In this document: positions 19,272 to 29,804 of the stretch, piece after piece | How the letters are laid out: each line of letters starts with the position of its first letter | How positions within the stretch are numbered: the first letter of the stretch is position 1 | Assembly (NCBI GenBank): GCA_963748215.1 | Contig: CAVVHS010000003.1 | Span: 1-64,000, forward strand | Length of the DNA stretch: 64,000 bases | From: an uncultured Gammaproteobacteria bacterium | GTDB taxonomy: Bacteria; Pseudomonadota; Gammaproteobacteria; UBA9214 | Direction of reading: 5' to 3' | Program-made: the position numbers and the translations under genes | Notes under the pieces: model-generated | What the model was told of the DNA's origin: nothing | Databases searched by the model: none | The model's input: only the letters and a program-made list of their open reading frames with translations

Positions 19272-20144
19272 ATGATGACGCTGGTAAAAAGCTACCTGGG
19301 CCTGTGCAAGCTGAAGGTCGTTGCGCTGATCGTGTTTACCGCCATGGTCGGCATGTTCCTCGCCACCCAGCCGCCCGGCATGGTGCCCTGGGACGTGCTG
19401 CTGCTGGGCAACCTCGGTATCGGCATGGCGGCCTCCGCGGCCGCGGCGATCAATCACGTGCTGGACGCGCGCGAGGATGCACGCATGACGCGTACCAGCC
19501 GGCGTCCGCTGCCGCAGGGCGAGATCAGCCAGACTGGCGCCCTGGTGTTCGCCGTGCTGCTTGCGGCCCTGTCGATGGCGATCCTGGTGGTGTTCATCAA
19601 CAGCCTGACGGCGGTACTGACATTTTTTTCACTGGTGGGCTACGCCATCGTCTATACCATGTACCTGAAGCGTGCGACGCCGCAGAATATCGTCATCGGG
19701 GGTGCCGCCGGTGCCGCGCCACCGGTGCTTGGCTGGGCCGCGCTGACCGACACGGTAGACCCGCACGCCCTGCTGCTGTTCCTGATCATTTTCATCTGGA
19801 CGCCGCCGCACTTCTGGGCGCTGGCCATCCACCGGCGTGACGAGTATGCCAAGGTGGATATCCCGATGCTGCCGGTGACGCACGGTATTCCGTTCACGCG
19901 CCTGCAGATCCTGCTCTACACCATCATGCTGCTGGTGGTGAGCGTGCTGCCGTTTGCCATGCACATGAGCGGCTATTTCTACCTGGCCGGCGCGCTGTTG
20001 CTGGGTATCGGTTTCCTGCGCTACGCGATCCAGCTCATGCAGGGCAAGGATGTCGCCATGAAGACCTTCGGCTATTCCATCTGGTATCTCATGGCGATCT
20101 TCGCCATCCTGCTGGTCGACCATTACCTGCCGTTGTTGCACTAG
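19272..20144 (+). CDS. cyoE: Protoheme IX farnesyltransferase (heme O synthase)
   Basis: [40 protein letters not shown]. Confidence 0.95.
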   Translation: MMTLVKSYLGLCKLKVVALIVFTAMVGMFLATQPPGMVPWDVLLLGNLGIGMAASAAAAINHVLDAREDARMTRTSRRPLPQGEISQTGALVFAVLLAALSMAILVVFINSLTAVLTFFSLVGYAIVYTMYLKRATPQNIVIGGAAGAAPPVLGWAALTDTVDPHALLLFLIIFIWTPPHFWALAIHRRDEYAKVDIPMLPVTHGIPFTRLQILLYTIMLLVVSVLPFAMHMSGYFYLAGALLLGIGFLRYAIQLMQGKDVAMKTFGYSIWYLMAIFAILLVDHYLPLLH

Positions 20145-20278
20145 CCGGCGACCTGCCGGATGCCGCCGCCAGCGCCGGCAAAATTGCCACGCCCGTCAAC
20201 AGCAAATATAGTACTGTCAGTCGTCACAATCGCGCCAGGCACAGTTGGCCAGCCGTGCAAATAACGGAGAATCAGTGC

Positions 20279-21343
20279 ATGACCGAAAGCTCGAGCAGTG
20301 TGTCCAGCAAGTCCGGCCTGCCGCCCGGCACGCTGATTCACGTCGGTGAGGTGCTGGCGACCGAAACCAGGGTATCGGTTGTCGACTACACCAGGGAACG
20401 CTGCAAGGAGCATGTCGCTCATTCGATAGAGGACATCACCCAGTACCGGAATACCGACTCGGTTACCTGGGTCAACGTCGAGGGGTTGATCAACGTGGAG
20501 CTGATCGAGGCCATCGGTCAGCAGTTCGATATTCATCCCCTGGTGCTCGAGGACATCCTGAATACCCATCAACGGCCCAAGTTCGAGGAATACGACGACT
20601 ACCTGTTTCTGGTGTTCAAGGTAATGTACTCCGCAGAAGACGGGGTGTCGGTGAACTACGAGCAGGCAAGCGTCCTGATCCTCAATGACTACGTCTTTAC
20701 GTTCAAGGAAAAGCAGGACGACATCTTCGAACCGATCAAGGCCCGGCTGCACAATCAGAAGGGACGCTTCAGAAGTCAGGGCGCCGACTACCTGGCCTAC
20801 ACGATCCTCGACACGGTCGTCGACCTGTACCTCTCCCTGCAGGATTACCTGGACAAGGTAATCGAGTCGGTCGAGGATGATTTGCTGGCCACGCCCGATA
20901 CCACAACACTGGCGAATATCCAGCGCATCCGTCGCGAGCTGATCTTCCTGCGCCGTTCATCCGCACCCTTGCGGGACTTGCTGAACGGGATTTTGCGATC
21001 TGACTCGGAATTGATCAGTGACGGTACCCTGATCTATTTCCGGGATGTCCATGACCACGTGATGCGGGTGACGGATGCATTTGAAACCTACCGGGACATG
21101 ATGACGGGCCTGATGGATATCTACAATTCCACCATCAGCAACCGGATGAACGAGATCATGAAGGTGCTGACGGTGTTTGCATCCATATTCATACCGCTGA
21201 CATTTCTCACCGGGATTTACGGTATGAACTTCGACTATATGCCGGAGCTCAAGTGGCACTGGGCGTACCCGGTGATATGGGCAGGCTTTATCCTGATAAC
21301 CGTGCTGCTGCTCGTGTATTTCAAACGCAAGAAATGGCTCTAG
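20279..21343 (+). CDS. corA: Magnesium/cobalt transporter CorA
   Basis: GLPPGTL, HPLVLEDILNTHQRPK, YGMNF, MPEL. Confidence 0.93.
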   Translation: MTESSSSVSSKSGLPPGTLIHVGEVLATETRVSVVDYTRERCKEHVAHSIEDITQYRNTDSVTWVNVEGLINVELIEAIGQQFDIHPLVLEDILNTHQRPKFEEYDDYLFLVFKVMYSAEDGVSVNYEQASVLILNDYVFTFKEKQDDIFEPIKARLHNQKGRFRSQGADYLAYTILDTVVDLYLSLQDYLDKVIESVEDDLLATPDTTTLANIQRIRRELIFLRRSSAPLRDLLNGILRSDSELISDGTLIYFRDVHDHVMRVTDAFETYRDMMTGLMDIYNSTISNRMNEIMKVLTVFASIFIPLTFLTGIYGMNFDYMPELKWHWAYPVIWAGFILITVLLLVYFKRKKWL

Positions 21344-21499
21344 CCGCGCCGATGAATCCGGGTCGGTATGGTGCAGGCAGTGCCGGGACATGCCGCGTTG
21401 CCGCATGCCCGGTATTGCAGTCACAGGGGATGCATACGCAGGCGAGGCGCTGTGCTAGCCCACGACAGTTTCACGTTCACCACGGTAGAGGATCCCTGC

Positions 21500-21913
21500 A
21501 TGTCGCATATTGAAGCAGGTGGCAGCTGTCTGTGCGGTGCGCTGCGCTACATCATCAGGGGCGAGGTGCTGCGTTTCTATCACTGCCACTGCACGCGCTG
21601 CCGCAAGGCGACCGGTACCGGGCATGCCAGCAATCTGCTGGTGACACCCGCGGACAGCATCGAGTGGATCGCCGGCGGCGAGCTGCTGGCCAGCTACAAG
21701 GTGCCGGAGGCGAAACGCTTCCGCAACTGTTTCTGCCCGCAGTGCGGCAGCCCGATGCCGCGCGTGATACCGGAACTGGACGGCGTGCTGGTGCCGGCTG
21801 GTTCGCTCGACAGTGAGCCGCCCGTACCGCCGCAGGCGCGCATCTTCTGGGATTCGCGTGCGCAGTGGTCGTGTTCGGGCGACGAACTGCCGGTGTTTCC
21901 CGAATACCCGTAA
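21500..21913 (+). CDS. GFA/CENP-V family Zn protein
   Basis: GSCLCG, HCHCTRCRK, FCPQCGS. Confidence 0.88.
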   Translation: MSHIEAGGSCLCGALRYIIRGEVLRFYHCHCTRCRKATGTGHASNLLVTPADSIEWIAGGELLASYKVPEAKRFRNCFCPQCGSPMPRVIPELDGVLVPAGSLDSEPPVPPQARIFWDSRAQWSCSGDELPVFPEYP

Positions 21914-21970
21914 ACAGTTCGCCCGATTGCCATGCCGGAACGTCCCGGCGGCCTCACGAACGGAGGCAGC

Positions 21971-22387
21971 ATGCAACCCAGAATCAGCATGATCACGCTT
22001 GGCGTACGCGATCTGGAACGCGCCGTGCGTTTCTACCGCGACGGGCTCGGCTTTCCGCAAATGGAGTCGCCGCCCGCGGTGGCCTTCTTTACCCTCAACG
22101 GCAGCTGGCTGGGTCTGTACGGTCACGATGCACTGGCCGAGGACGCCACCGTACCCGCCGCGGGCAGCGGTTTTCGCGGTGTCGCGCTGGCGCACAATGT
22201 GCATTCCGAGGCCGAGGTCGATGCCGTGCTCGCGCAGGCGGTCAGCGCCGGCGCCACCCTGGTCAAGCCGGGGCAGCCGGTGTTCTGGGGCGGGTACTCG
22301 GGGTATTTCGCCGACCCGGACGGACACCTGTGGGAGGTCGCACACAATCCGTTTTTCTGGATCGGCCCGGAAGATACAGCTACATGA
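21971..22387 (+). CDS. VOC/glyoxalase family protein
   Basis: ITLGVRDLERAVRFY, FWGGYSGYFADPDGHLWEVAHNP. Confidence 0.9.
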   Translation: MQPRISMITLGVRDLERAVRFYRDGLGFPQMESPPAVAFFTLNGSWLGLYGHDALAEDATVPAAGSGFRGVALAHNVHSEAEVDAVLAQAVSAGATLVKPGQPVFWGGYSGYFADPDGHLWEVAHNPFFWIGPEDTAT

Positions 22388-22448
22388 AGCGTCTACACTC
22401 AGTTTATTCCGTGCCGGGCTGAATGGCCCGACCGCAAGGAGACCGGTC

Positions 22449-22886
22449 ATGACGGCAGACAATCACAGCGTGTTCGAGCAGCTGCGCCGCAACGCGGTGG
22501 CGCTGATCAGCCTGATGGTCGCGCTTTCCAGCCTGGGCTACAACACCTGGCGCAACGAACAGACCGAGGCCAACCGCAACCAGCGCCAGGCCGCCTTCGA
22601 AGTCCTGCTCAAGCTGGGGGAGTTGCAGCAGGTCGTGTTCCACAGCCACTACGACATGGATGCCGACAAGGGCAATCCACGCACCGGCTGGGCCTATATC
22701 CTGACCGTGCGCGACCTGTCGCAGGTGATGGGTGCACCGATGTCGGGCATGGCCGACGAGTTGGTCGCGACCTGGAGCACCCACTGGCAGGAGCTGGGCA
22801 GCGACCAGTCCGGTGCAGACAGCATCATGAACGGCATCGATCAGGCACGCGAGACCACCTTGCAGGTGCTGAAGTCGCTCGACTAG
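22449..22886 (+). CDS. Hypothetical single-TM helical protein
   Basis: RNAVALISLMVALSSLGYNTWRNE; GGAGA RBS-like sequence upstream; host-like codon usage. Confidence 0.7.
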   Translation: MTADNHSVFEQLRRNAVALISLMVALSSLGYNTWRNEQTEANRNQRQAAFEVLLKLGELQQVVFHSHYDMDADKGNPRTGWAYILTVRDLSQVMGAPMSGMADELVATWSTHWQELGSDQSGADSIMNGIDQARETTLQVLKSLD

Positions 22887-23833
22887 GACGGCATCAGTTC
22901 CGGTGGATACGGATCCAGGTAGGTCTGCTGCAGCGCCCAGTCATTCGGGTGATGCCGGAGATGATGGCGGATCAGCGTCAGCGGCGCGGCCAGCGGCACC
23001 AGCCCGAGCCGGTACTGGTCGATCAGGCCGCTCATCTCGGCACGATCGCCCGCCCCCAGCTGTTTGCTGAAATACCCCTGCAGGTGCTGCAGTACGTTGC
23101 TGTGCGACTTGCGCGTGGCGTGCCGCTGCATCGCCGTCATGAGTTCCGTTTCGTAGCGCGCGCACAACCCGTCGAAACCCTTCTTGCCTGACGTTGCCAC
23201 CAGCTGTCCGAGGCGGCGGTAAGCGGCCTGATTGTGTGCCATGACACTCAGTTTCTGGCGGGTATGGAACTCGACCAGCCGCGCCGGCGAAATGCCGTGA
23301 TGCAGCAGCTGCAGCCAGCGGTACCGGATGAACACGCGCTCGATGAAGTTGTCGCGCAGGTCCGGGTCGTTCAGGCGGCCGTCCTCCTCGCAGGGCAGGT
23401 TGGGATGGGCGCGCATAATGACCTGTGCAAAGGCACCGATACCGTCCGAGCGGGCCGATTGCCCCGATTCGGTCCAGGTCTTGACCCGTTCCATGCCGCA
23501 GCTGGGTGAGCGCGACTTGAAGATATAGCCGCACACGTCGTCCATGCCGCGTGCGACCTTGACACCGCAGGCACCGAGCCGGTCGGTGACGTCGAGCGCG
23601 CTGTTTTTCACGCCCAGCACGCGCACGCCCCTTGCGGTCCTGACCAGCCGGATCGGTTCGCGCGGGATGCCCAGCCCGATGGCGACCTCCGGACAGAATG
23701 GCCGGAACTCGAGGAAATCGGCCAGCCGCCGGTTGATGAAGCGGTCGTACTTGTGTCCGCCGTCGAAGCGTACCTGTTCACCCAGCAGGCAGCTGCTGAT
23801 CCCTACCGGAATTTTTGTAATGTCCCCGTGCAT
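22883..23833 (-). CDS. YbgA-family (DUF523/DUF1722) protein
   Basis: GISSCLLGEQVRFDGGH, CPEVAIGLG, KSRSPSCG, NVLQHLQGYF, QTYLDPYP; downstream of phrB. Confidence 0.9.
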   Translation of the reverse strand: MHGDITKIPVGISSCLLGEQVRFDGGHKYDRFINRRLADFLEFRPFCPEVAIGLGIPREPIRLVRTARGVRVLGVKNSALDVTDRLGACGVKVARGMDDVCGYIFKSRSPSCGMERVKTWTESGQSARSDGIGAFAQVIMRAHPNLPCEEDGRLNDPDLRDNFIERVFIRYRWLQLLHHGISPARLVEFHTRQKLSVMAHNQAAYRRLGQLVATSGKKGFDGLCARYETELMTAMQRHATRKSHSNVLQHLQGYFSKQLGAGDRAEMSGLIDQYRLGLVPLAAPLTLIRHHLRHHPNDWALQQTYLDPYPPELMPS

Positions 23834-23842
23834 GGCCGCCGG

Positions 23843-24331
23843 CTACAGTGAGTGCCCGAACACGATGATAGCAATATTCGTATCGTCGTCGAGCTGTTCG
23901 ACGGTTTCCTCCAGCACGTACCAGCCCTGCTTGTTGAAGAATCCGACAGCTGCGGCATTGAAGGTCTCGCAGCCGGCCTGCACCGATGACATACCCGTGG
24001 CGCGCAGGCGTTCCAGCTGGTCGTCGAGCAGGCGCGCACCGATGCCGCGGCGGCGGTACCTTTCCTCGACCCAGACACCGTCGATGCAGTTGGCCACGTG
24101 ATCGCAGTAGCCGACGATGCGATCGCCCAGGCGCGCGATGCTCGCCTGCGGCAGGCGTTGTGCTATGAGTTCCCGAAACAGCGCAGGCGGTCGTTCGGCG
24201 CACTGCGCGGCCGGCAGGAAGCGGTCGTAGCATTGATGCCAGACGCGGTGTACCAGGCCGGCGATGGCCTGGAGATCATCCGGCTGCGGTGTTGCGACGG
24301 ACAGCGCCGGGAAGGCGATGATCCGGCTCAT
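23843..24331 (-). CDS. GNAT-family acetyltransferase
   Basis: WVEERYRRRGIGARLL, NAAAVGFF..GW. Confidence 0.8.
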   Translation of the reverse strand: MSRIIAFPALSVATPQPDDLQAIAGLVHRVWHQCYDRFLPAAQCAERPPALFRELIAQRLPQASIARLGDRIVGYCDHVANCIDGVWVEERYRRRGIGARLLDDQLERLRATGMSSVQAGCETFNAAAVGFFNKQGWYVLEETVEQLDDDTNIAIIVFGHSL

Positions 24332-25752
24332 ACCTGGCCACGCAAGGACTTGAACGCGTCGAGTGCACGAATGCGGGTTGCCTGCAGGTCGACCATCGGG
24401 GCGGGGTAGGCCAGGTCGAGCCCTGACTTCCAGGGTTCGTGAACACAGCGCGTATCGAGCGCGGCCAGCTCCGGGACCCAGCGGCGCACGTACTCGCCGT
24501 CGGGATCGAACTTTTTACCCTGGGTGACCGGGTTGAAGATGCGAAAATAGGGCGCGGCATCGGTACCGCAGCCGGCCACCCACTGCCAGCCGAGCGTGTT
24601 GCTGGCGAGGTCGGCATCGAGCAGCGTGTCCCAGAACCAGCGCGCACCTTCCTGCCAGGGGATCAGCAGGTTCTTGGCCAGGAACGAGGCCACCAGCATG
24701 CGCACGCGGTTATGCATCCAGCCGGTATGCCAGAGTTCGCGCATGCCCGCGTCGATGACGGGGAACCCGGTCTGGCCATGCTGCCAGCACTGCAGTGCCG
24801 TGCGGTAATTGCGCTGCCAGGGGAAACGCCGGAAGCGCGCATCCATGGCGGTATCCGGACTGTCGGGATAGTGGTGAAGGATATGCGCGGCAAAGTCGCG
24901 CCAGCCGACCTCGGTTATCAGACGTTCCAGCGAACGGTGCGTCGCCGCGCCGCCGGGTGCGTTCGTCTGTTGCAGCGCGCGGTTGACGATGGTGCGCGGG
25001 CTGATTTCCCCGTAGTGCAGGTGCGGCGACAGCCGTGAGGTGCCCGCGATTGCCGGGTAGTCACGGGCATGGTCGTACTGCGCCACGGCATCTTCCATGA
25101 ATCGCTCGAGTCGTGCGCGTGCTTGCAACTCGCCGGGTTGCCAGTGCCGGTAAAATCCGTCGTCCCAGGACAGTCGCGGCAGCAGGCCGAGGCTGTCGAG
25201 CGCGATGCCATCGATGCCGGCCAGGCCGGGCAGCGTGGCCGGCGCCGGCAGCTCGGGCTGGTACAAATCCATGGTGTGACACCGGCGCCACCAGGCGGTG
25301 AACACGCGGTAAGGCGTGCCGTCGTCCTTTTTCACCTCGTGCGGTTCGAACAGCAGGCCGCCCCTGAAGCTGGTCACCGTCAGCCCGTCTTCCCGCAGCC
25401 GTGTCTTGATAGCACTGTCGCGTGCCATGGCCTGCGGCGTATACAGGCGGTTCCAGACTATCGCCTGCGCGCCGGTCTCCCGTGCCAGCCCGGCGAGGCA
25501 GTCGAGGCTGGTGCTGCCGCTGCGAATGAGCAGGGCATTGCCTTGCTCGCGCAGCTGCCCGTCCAGCGCGCGCAGGCCGTGATGCAGCCACCAGCGGCTG
25601 GCGGCGCCCGGTCGCCAGCCGCCGGCCTCGTCCGGCTGGTGGATATAGAGCGGGATGACATGCTCGTAATGGGCGCAGGCATGGTCCAGTGCCGGGTTGT
25701 CATGCAGCCGCAGATCTTCCCTGAACCATACAATCGCGATGCGTTGCGCCAC
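24328..25752 (-). CDS. phrB: Class I CPD DNA photolyase
   Basis: WFREDLRLHDNPAL, TSRLSPHLHYGEIS, GWMHNRVRM, WQWVAG, PYFRIFNP. Confidence 0.93.
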   Translation of the reverse strand: MAQRIAIVWFREDLRLHDNPALDHACAHYEHVIPLYIHQPDEAGGWRPGAASRWWLHHGLRALDGQLREQGNALLIRSGSTSLDCLAGLARETGAQAIVWNRLYTPQAMARDSAIKTRLREDGLTVTSFRGGLLFEPHEVKKDDGTPYRVFTAWWRRCHTMDLYQPELPAPATLPGLAGIDGIALDSLGLLPRLSWDDGFYRHWQPGELQARARLERFMEDAVAQYDHARDYPAIAGTSRLSPHLHYGEISPRTIVNRALQQTNAPGGAATHRSLERLITEVGWRDFAAHILHHYPDSPDTAMDARFRRFPWQRNYRTALQCWQHGQTGFPVIDAGMRELWHTGWMHNRVRMLVASFLAKNLLIPWQEGARWFWDTLLDADLASNTLGWQWVAGCGTDAAPYFRIFNPVTQGKKFDPDGEYVRRWVPELAALDTRCVHEPWKSGLDLAYPAPMVDLQATRIRALDAFKSLRGQV

Positions 25753-26097
25753 TGGCTGCCCCCGTGTTTCCTGTTATCCGGTCGGATAGTCAAACTAATC
25801 ATAAACTTGCTGTAAACGATGCGACAGCGAAAACAATCCTGTCCCGGCTTCGCGGCCGGCACCCGGCACTTTAACTGAAATCCGGCCAGGACCGGCCGGG
25901 TGATGACATGGGCCGAATTTCGGTGCCGGGCATGCTGCTGGTGGGTGCGGCACAGGATAACGGGACGTATTGCAGGCCGTGCGCGATGTGCTGGAAGGAT
26001 CGAAATGGCAGCTGTTTATTGCGCCTGGCCTGGCCTATGGCCGGAAGGCGGTCGGATTCCGCCCGATGCCATGGCGATCCTCGAGGTGGGGCTGCTG

Positions 26098-27696
26098 TCA
26101 GTCAAGTGACAGCTGTTGAGCCTGCGTCGGACGGGTAATGTCCAGCTCCGGATCGTAGATGGCGGTGTCGATCTCCAGCAGGCCCAGCACGGTGTGGAAG
26201 ATGTTGTCGTGTGACCAGGGCCGGGCGCTGTTTGCCTGTAGCGTGCTGACGACGTCTGTATCGAAGTTGCCGTCAAACCACAGCACTGCGCTGACATCCT
26301 TCTGTGCATCAGGCGCCATTATCCAGGGCAGGCCGTGCAGGTAGACGCCGTGTTCGCCCAGCGATTCGCCGTGGTCGCTGATATACATCATGGCCGTCTC
26401 GAACCGCTCGTCATTCTGCCTGAGCAACGCGATGACCTTTGACAGGAAGTAATCCGTGTACAGGATCGCGTTATCGTAGGCGTTGTTGATTTCCTCGCTG
26501 CTGCATTCTTCCAGCTGGCTGGTCCGGCAGACCGGGGTGAACTTCTCGAATTCTGCTGGATAGCGCTTGTAATAGGCCGGGCCGTGATTGCCCATCTGGT
26601 GCAGGACGATGAAGATGTCGCCGCTGCCGGTGCCGTTGATATAGTCCTGCAGCCCGACCAGCATGCCCTCGTCCCGGCATTCGTCGTCGCATACCGTGTT
26701 GTTCTCGGGGGTCCTGAAGTCCTGGTAGGCAACGCGGTCCGCCACGCCCTTGGAACTGGAATTGTTGTCACGCCACAGCACCTGGACACCGGCATGCGCG
26801 AGCACGTCCAGCAGGTTTTCGCTGCGCTTGGCCTTGTCATCGGAATAGTCCGCGCGGCCCAGCCTGGAGAAAATGCACGGTACGGAGACCGCGGTCGAGG
26901 TGCCGCAGGCCTGCATATCCGTCAGGCTGATGACGTTTTCCCTCGCCAGTAACGGGTTGGTTTCCCGCGCGTAGCCGTTCAGGGAGAAGCGGTCCGCGCG
27001 TGCGGTTTCGCCCAGCACGAAGATGACCAGTTCCCGGTGTTTGTCGCCCGGGGGTGTCACGGCGTCCATGCCCAGCGCCTCGACGATCAACGGTCCCGTC
27101 GGGATACTTTCCGCCAGGTACTTGCCGCCCGACCAGAGGCTGGTCAGTGGGTTGCTGTAATAGCGCAGCGGCTTGTGTTCGCGGAAGAAGGACGCGTAGG
27201 CCTTGCTGAACAGCAGCAGCTGCGCCGTGATGACCACCACGATTACCGCGCTGACCTTCAGCTTCGCGAACAATTCATGCCTGAACGGCCGGGGCTTGAT
27301 CGGCACGCGCAGCACGAACAGGGCCGGCAGGATGCCCAGCAACAGGACGTAGACCAGCAGCCGGTAATCGAACAGGTCGAGGGATTCCCTGACATCGGTC
27401 TGTACCACGTTGCGGATCATGCCGGTATCGATGACCACGTTGTAGCTGTCCATGAAATAGGCAGTGACGGAAGCGAGCAGCAGGATCACGGCCAGCAGCG
27501 GCCGGGTGACGGGCTGCCATGTCAGCAGCGTCAGCAGCAGCATGATGAAACCCGCCAGCAGTATTCCCAGCGAGGCTGTAAACGCGAGCGTATGCAGGGT
27601 ATCGGGATAGGCGGCGGTCACGTTCCTGAAAAACGCAAAGTTGGTGAACAACACCAGGAAACCCGTGGCCAGAAGATTGAGTCGTGTTGTGTGCAA
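26098..27696 (-). CDS. eptA: Lipid A phosphoethanolamine transferase (start uncertain)
   Basis: FVLGETARAD, CGTSTAVSVPC, HQMGNHGPAYYKRYP, YDNAILYTD, SDHGESLGE; N-terminal TM segments. Confidence 0.9.
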   Translation of the reverse strand: MHTTRLNLLATGFLVLFTNFAFFRNVTAAYPDTLHTLAFTASLGILLAGFIMLLLTLLTWQPVTRPLLAVILLLASVTAYFMDSYNVVIDTGMIRNVVQTDVRESLDLFDYRLLVYVLLLGILPALFVLRVPIKPRPFRHELFAKLKVSAVIVVVITAQLLLFSKAYASFFREHKPLRYYSNPLTSLWSGGKYLAESIPTGPLIVEALGMDAVTPPGDKHRELVIFVLGETARADRFSLNGYARETNPLLARENVISLTDMQACGTSTAVSVPCIFSRLGRADYSDDKAKRSENLLDVLAHAGVQVLWRDNNSSSKGVADRVAYQDFRTPENNTVCDDECRDEGMLVGLQDYINGTGSGDIFIVLHQMGNHGPAYYKRYPAEFEKFTPVCRTSQLEECSSEEINNAYDNAILYTDYFLSKVIALLRQNDERFETAMMYISDHGESLGEHGVYLHGLPWIMAPDAQKDVSAVLWFDGNFDTDVVSTLQANSARPWSHDNIFHTVLGLLEIDTAIYDPELDITRPTQAQQLSLD

Positions 27697-27820
27697 GTTT
27701 CGTTGCTTCCCGTGGCGGGCGTCCTTCGGTGCCGGTGCGGCACCGTACAACCCTGAACGGCCCCGCAGGGCCGTTACTGGTAGAGAATAGGTCAGTTTGC
27801 TTAAGGGTGGCTTAAAGCAC

Positions 27821-28687
27821 TCAGTCCTGCAGGGCCTTCTTGAGTTTGCCGAGGGCGTTCTTTTCCAGCTGCCGGATGCGCTCGGCGGAGACATTGTAAC
27901 GTGCGGCGAGTTCGTGCAGTGTGGTCTTGTCTTCCGACAGCCAGCGCGCCTCCAGGATTGCACGGCTGCGCTCGTCCAGTATGTCGAGGGCTTCGGCAAG
28001 ATTGCTGTTGCTGGTCTCGCTCCAGTCCGCATGCTCCAGCAGCAGGGCCGGATCATTTGCGGTGTTGGTCAGGTAGGCGGCCGGTGCGTAGTGGTTGTCC
28101 TCGTCATCGTCACTGCCGAGCGGATCGAAACCGATATCCTGGCCACTCAGACGCGACTCCATTTCCAGGACCGTCTCCGGCTTGACACCGAGATCCTCGG
28201 CCACCGCATTGACTTCGTCGTTATTCAGCCAGCCCAGGCGCTTTTTCTTGCTGCGCAGGTTGAAGAACAGCTTGCGCTGCGACTTGGTGGTAGCGACCTT
28301 GACGATGCGCCAGTTGCGCAGGATGAATTCGTGCATCTCGGCGCGGATCCAGTGCACGGCAAATGACACCAGGCGCACGCCATGGGCCGGGTCGAAGCGC
28401 TTCACGGCCTTCATCAGGCCGATATTGCCTTCCTGGATCAGGTCGGCCAGCGCCAGCCCGTAGCCGCTGTAGCCGCGGGCGATGCGCACCACGAAACGCA
28501 GGTGCGACATAACCAGCGTGCGCGCCGCCTCGAGGTCGTTCTCGGTGTGCAGGCGCACGGCCAATGCCTTTTCTTCCTCTGCGGTCAGCACGGGAATGCT
28601 CATCGCCGCATGGATATACTGATCCAGGCTGCCGGTCGGCATTGGCACCATAAATGACTGATTCTTAAGTGTTAAATTCTGTGACAT
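27821..28687 (-). CDS. rpoH: RNA polymerase sigma-32
   Basis: RpoH box [23 protein letters not shown]; downstream of ftsEX. Confidence 0.97.
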   Translation of the reverse strand: MSQNLTLKNQSFMVPMPTGSLDQYIHAAMSIPVLTAEEEKALAVRLHTENDLEAARTLVMSHLRFVVRIARGYSGYGLALADLIQEGNIGLMKAVKRFDPAHGVRLVSFAVHWIRAEMHEFILRNWRIVKVATTKSQRKLFFNLRSKKKRLGWLNNDEVNAVAEDLGVKPETVLEMESRLSGQDIGFDPLGSDDDEDNHYAPAAYLTNTANDPALLLEHADWSETSNSNLAEALDILDERSRAILEARWLSEDKTTLHELAARYNVSAERIRQLEKNALGKLKKALQD

Positions 28688-28722
28688 CAGGGTTTTTCGC
28701 TCCTCAACGGCTTGCCGTCATA

Positions 28723-28749
28723 CTAGCACTCCTGCCTATAGAGTGCCAA
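28723..28749. promoter_or_regulatory. CIRCE element (HrcA operator) upstream of rpoH
   Basis: CTAGCACTC-N9-GAGTGCCAA versus consensus TTAGCACTC-N9-GAGTGCTAA. Confidence 0.85.
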
Positions 28750-28832
28750 ATTCAGCAAAAGTTGCAGGCACTTCGGCTGCCGTGGTCCGATCTTTAATAG
28801 GTGGTGCGGGCTGGCGGCAGGCGCGGTCGGGG

Positions 28833-29804
28833 TCAGCTTGGCTCGATGGCGCTCAGGTGGCGGCCGACGGCCAGCCAGGAACCCAGCAGGCCGAGCAGGA
28901 TGCCACTGGCGAGCAGTCCGCCGAGCGAGAGCAGGGGCAGGGTCTCGAGTTTGAAATTGCTCTGGTAGAGGCCCGCCAGCCGGGCCACCGGGTCGTCCAG
29001 CAGCCAGAAGCCGCTGACGACCAGCAGCCAGGCGAGCAGCGCGCCGAGCAGGCCGTACCACAGGCCGCTGTAGAGGAACGGGCGGCGCACGAAGGCGTTG
29101 GTCGCCCCGATCAGCTTGGTGACGACGATCTCGGCGCGGCGGTTCTGGATTTCCAGGCGGATGGTATTGCCGATCACCAGCAGCACGGCCAGTGCCAGCA
29201 GAGCGCCGATGACCAGAATGCCGCGCCGGGCGATGTCGATCATCGCGGCGAGGCGTTGCACCCATTCCAGGTCGAGCTGCGCCAGGTCCACTTCCGGCAG
29301 GCTGCGGAGTTTTTTCTGCAATTCCGCTGCAGGTCCCGGCGCGGTGTGCTCGCGGCGCGGCGCGACGATCAGCACGGCAGGCAGCGGGTTCTCATCCAGT
29401 GCCTCGAGGGCGTCGGCAAAGCCGGACTGGCTGCTGAATTCCTCCAGTGCCTGGGCCGGCGTGATCAGCTGCAGCGTATCGACCTCCGGCCATTGCCGGA
29501 TGCGCGTGGCAAGCCCCTCGGCCTGCGGGGCCGGCACATCGCCCTTGAGAAATACCGAGATGGTGGCCTGGCCGTCCCATGACCCGCTCAGTCGATGCAG
29601 GTTATCAAGCAGCAGATAGAGCCCGGACGGCAGTGCCAGCGCGATGCCGATAACCGCCGCCGTCATGATCGAAGGCAGCAGGTTGCGGTACAGGCGGCCC
29701 AGACTGTCGAGCGCGACCTGCGCGTGGCGCTGCAGGTAGACGCGCGGTGACAGCATGCGCGGCGCCCGTTCGCGCTGACGCCGGTTTTTGCGCTTGCCGA
29801 TCAT
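28833..29804 (-). CDS. ftsX: Cell division permease FtsX
   Basis: ENPLPAV, IGNTIRLEI, KLIGATNAFVRRPFLY. Confidence 0.93.
   Translation of the reverse strand: MIGKRKNRRQRERAPRMLSPRVYLQRHAQVALDSLGRLYRNLLPSIMTAAVIGIALALPSGLYLLLDNLHRLSGSWDGQATISVFLKGDVPAPQAEGLATRIRQWPEVDTLQLITPAQALEEFSSQSGFADALEALDENPLPAVLIVAPRREHTAPGPAAELQKKLRSLPEVDLAQLDLEWVQRLAAMIDIARRGILVIGALLALAVLLVIGNTIRLEIQNRRAEIVVTKLIGATNAFVRRPFLYSGLWYGLLGALLAWLLVVSGFWLLDDPVARLAGLYQSNFKLETLPLLSLGGLLASGILLGLLGSWLAVGRHLSAIEPS

Noticed and set aside
27697-28056. N-terminal extension of eptA in the 652-aa ORF
   Set aside because: It overlaps rpoH on the same strand in another frame; EptA-like sequence starts only near 27700.
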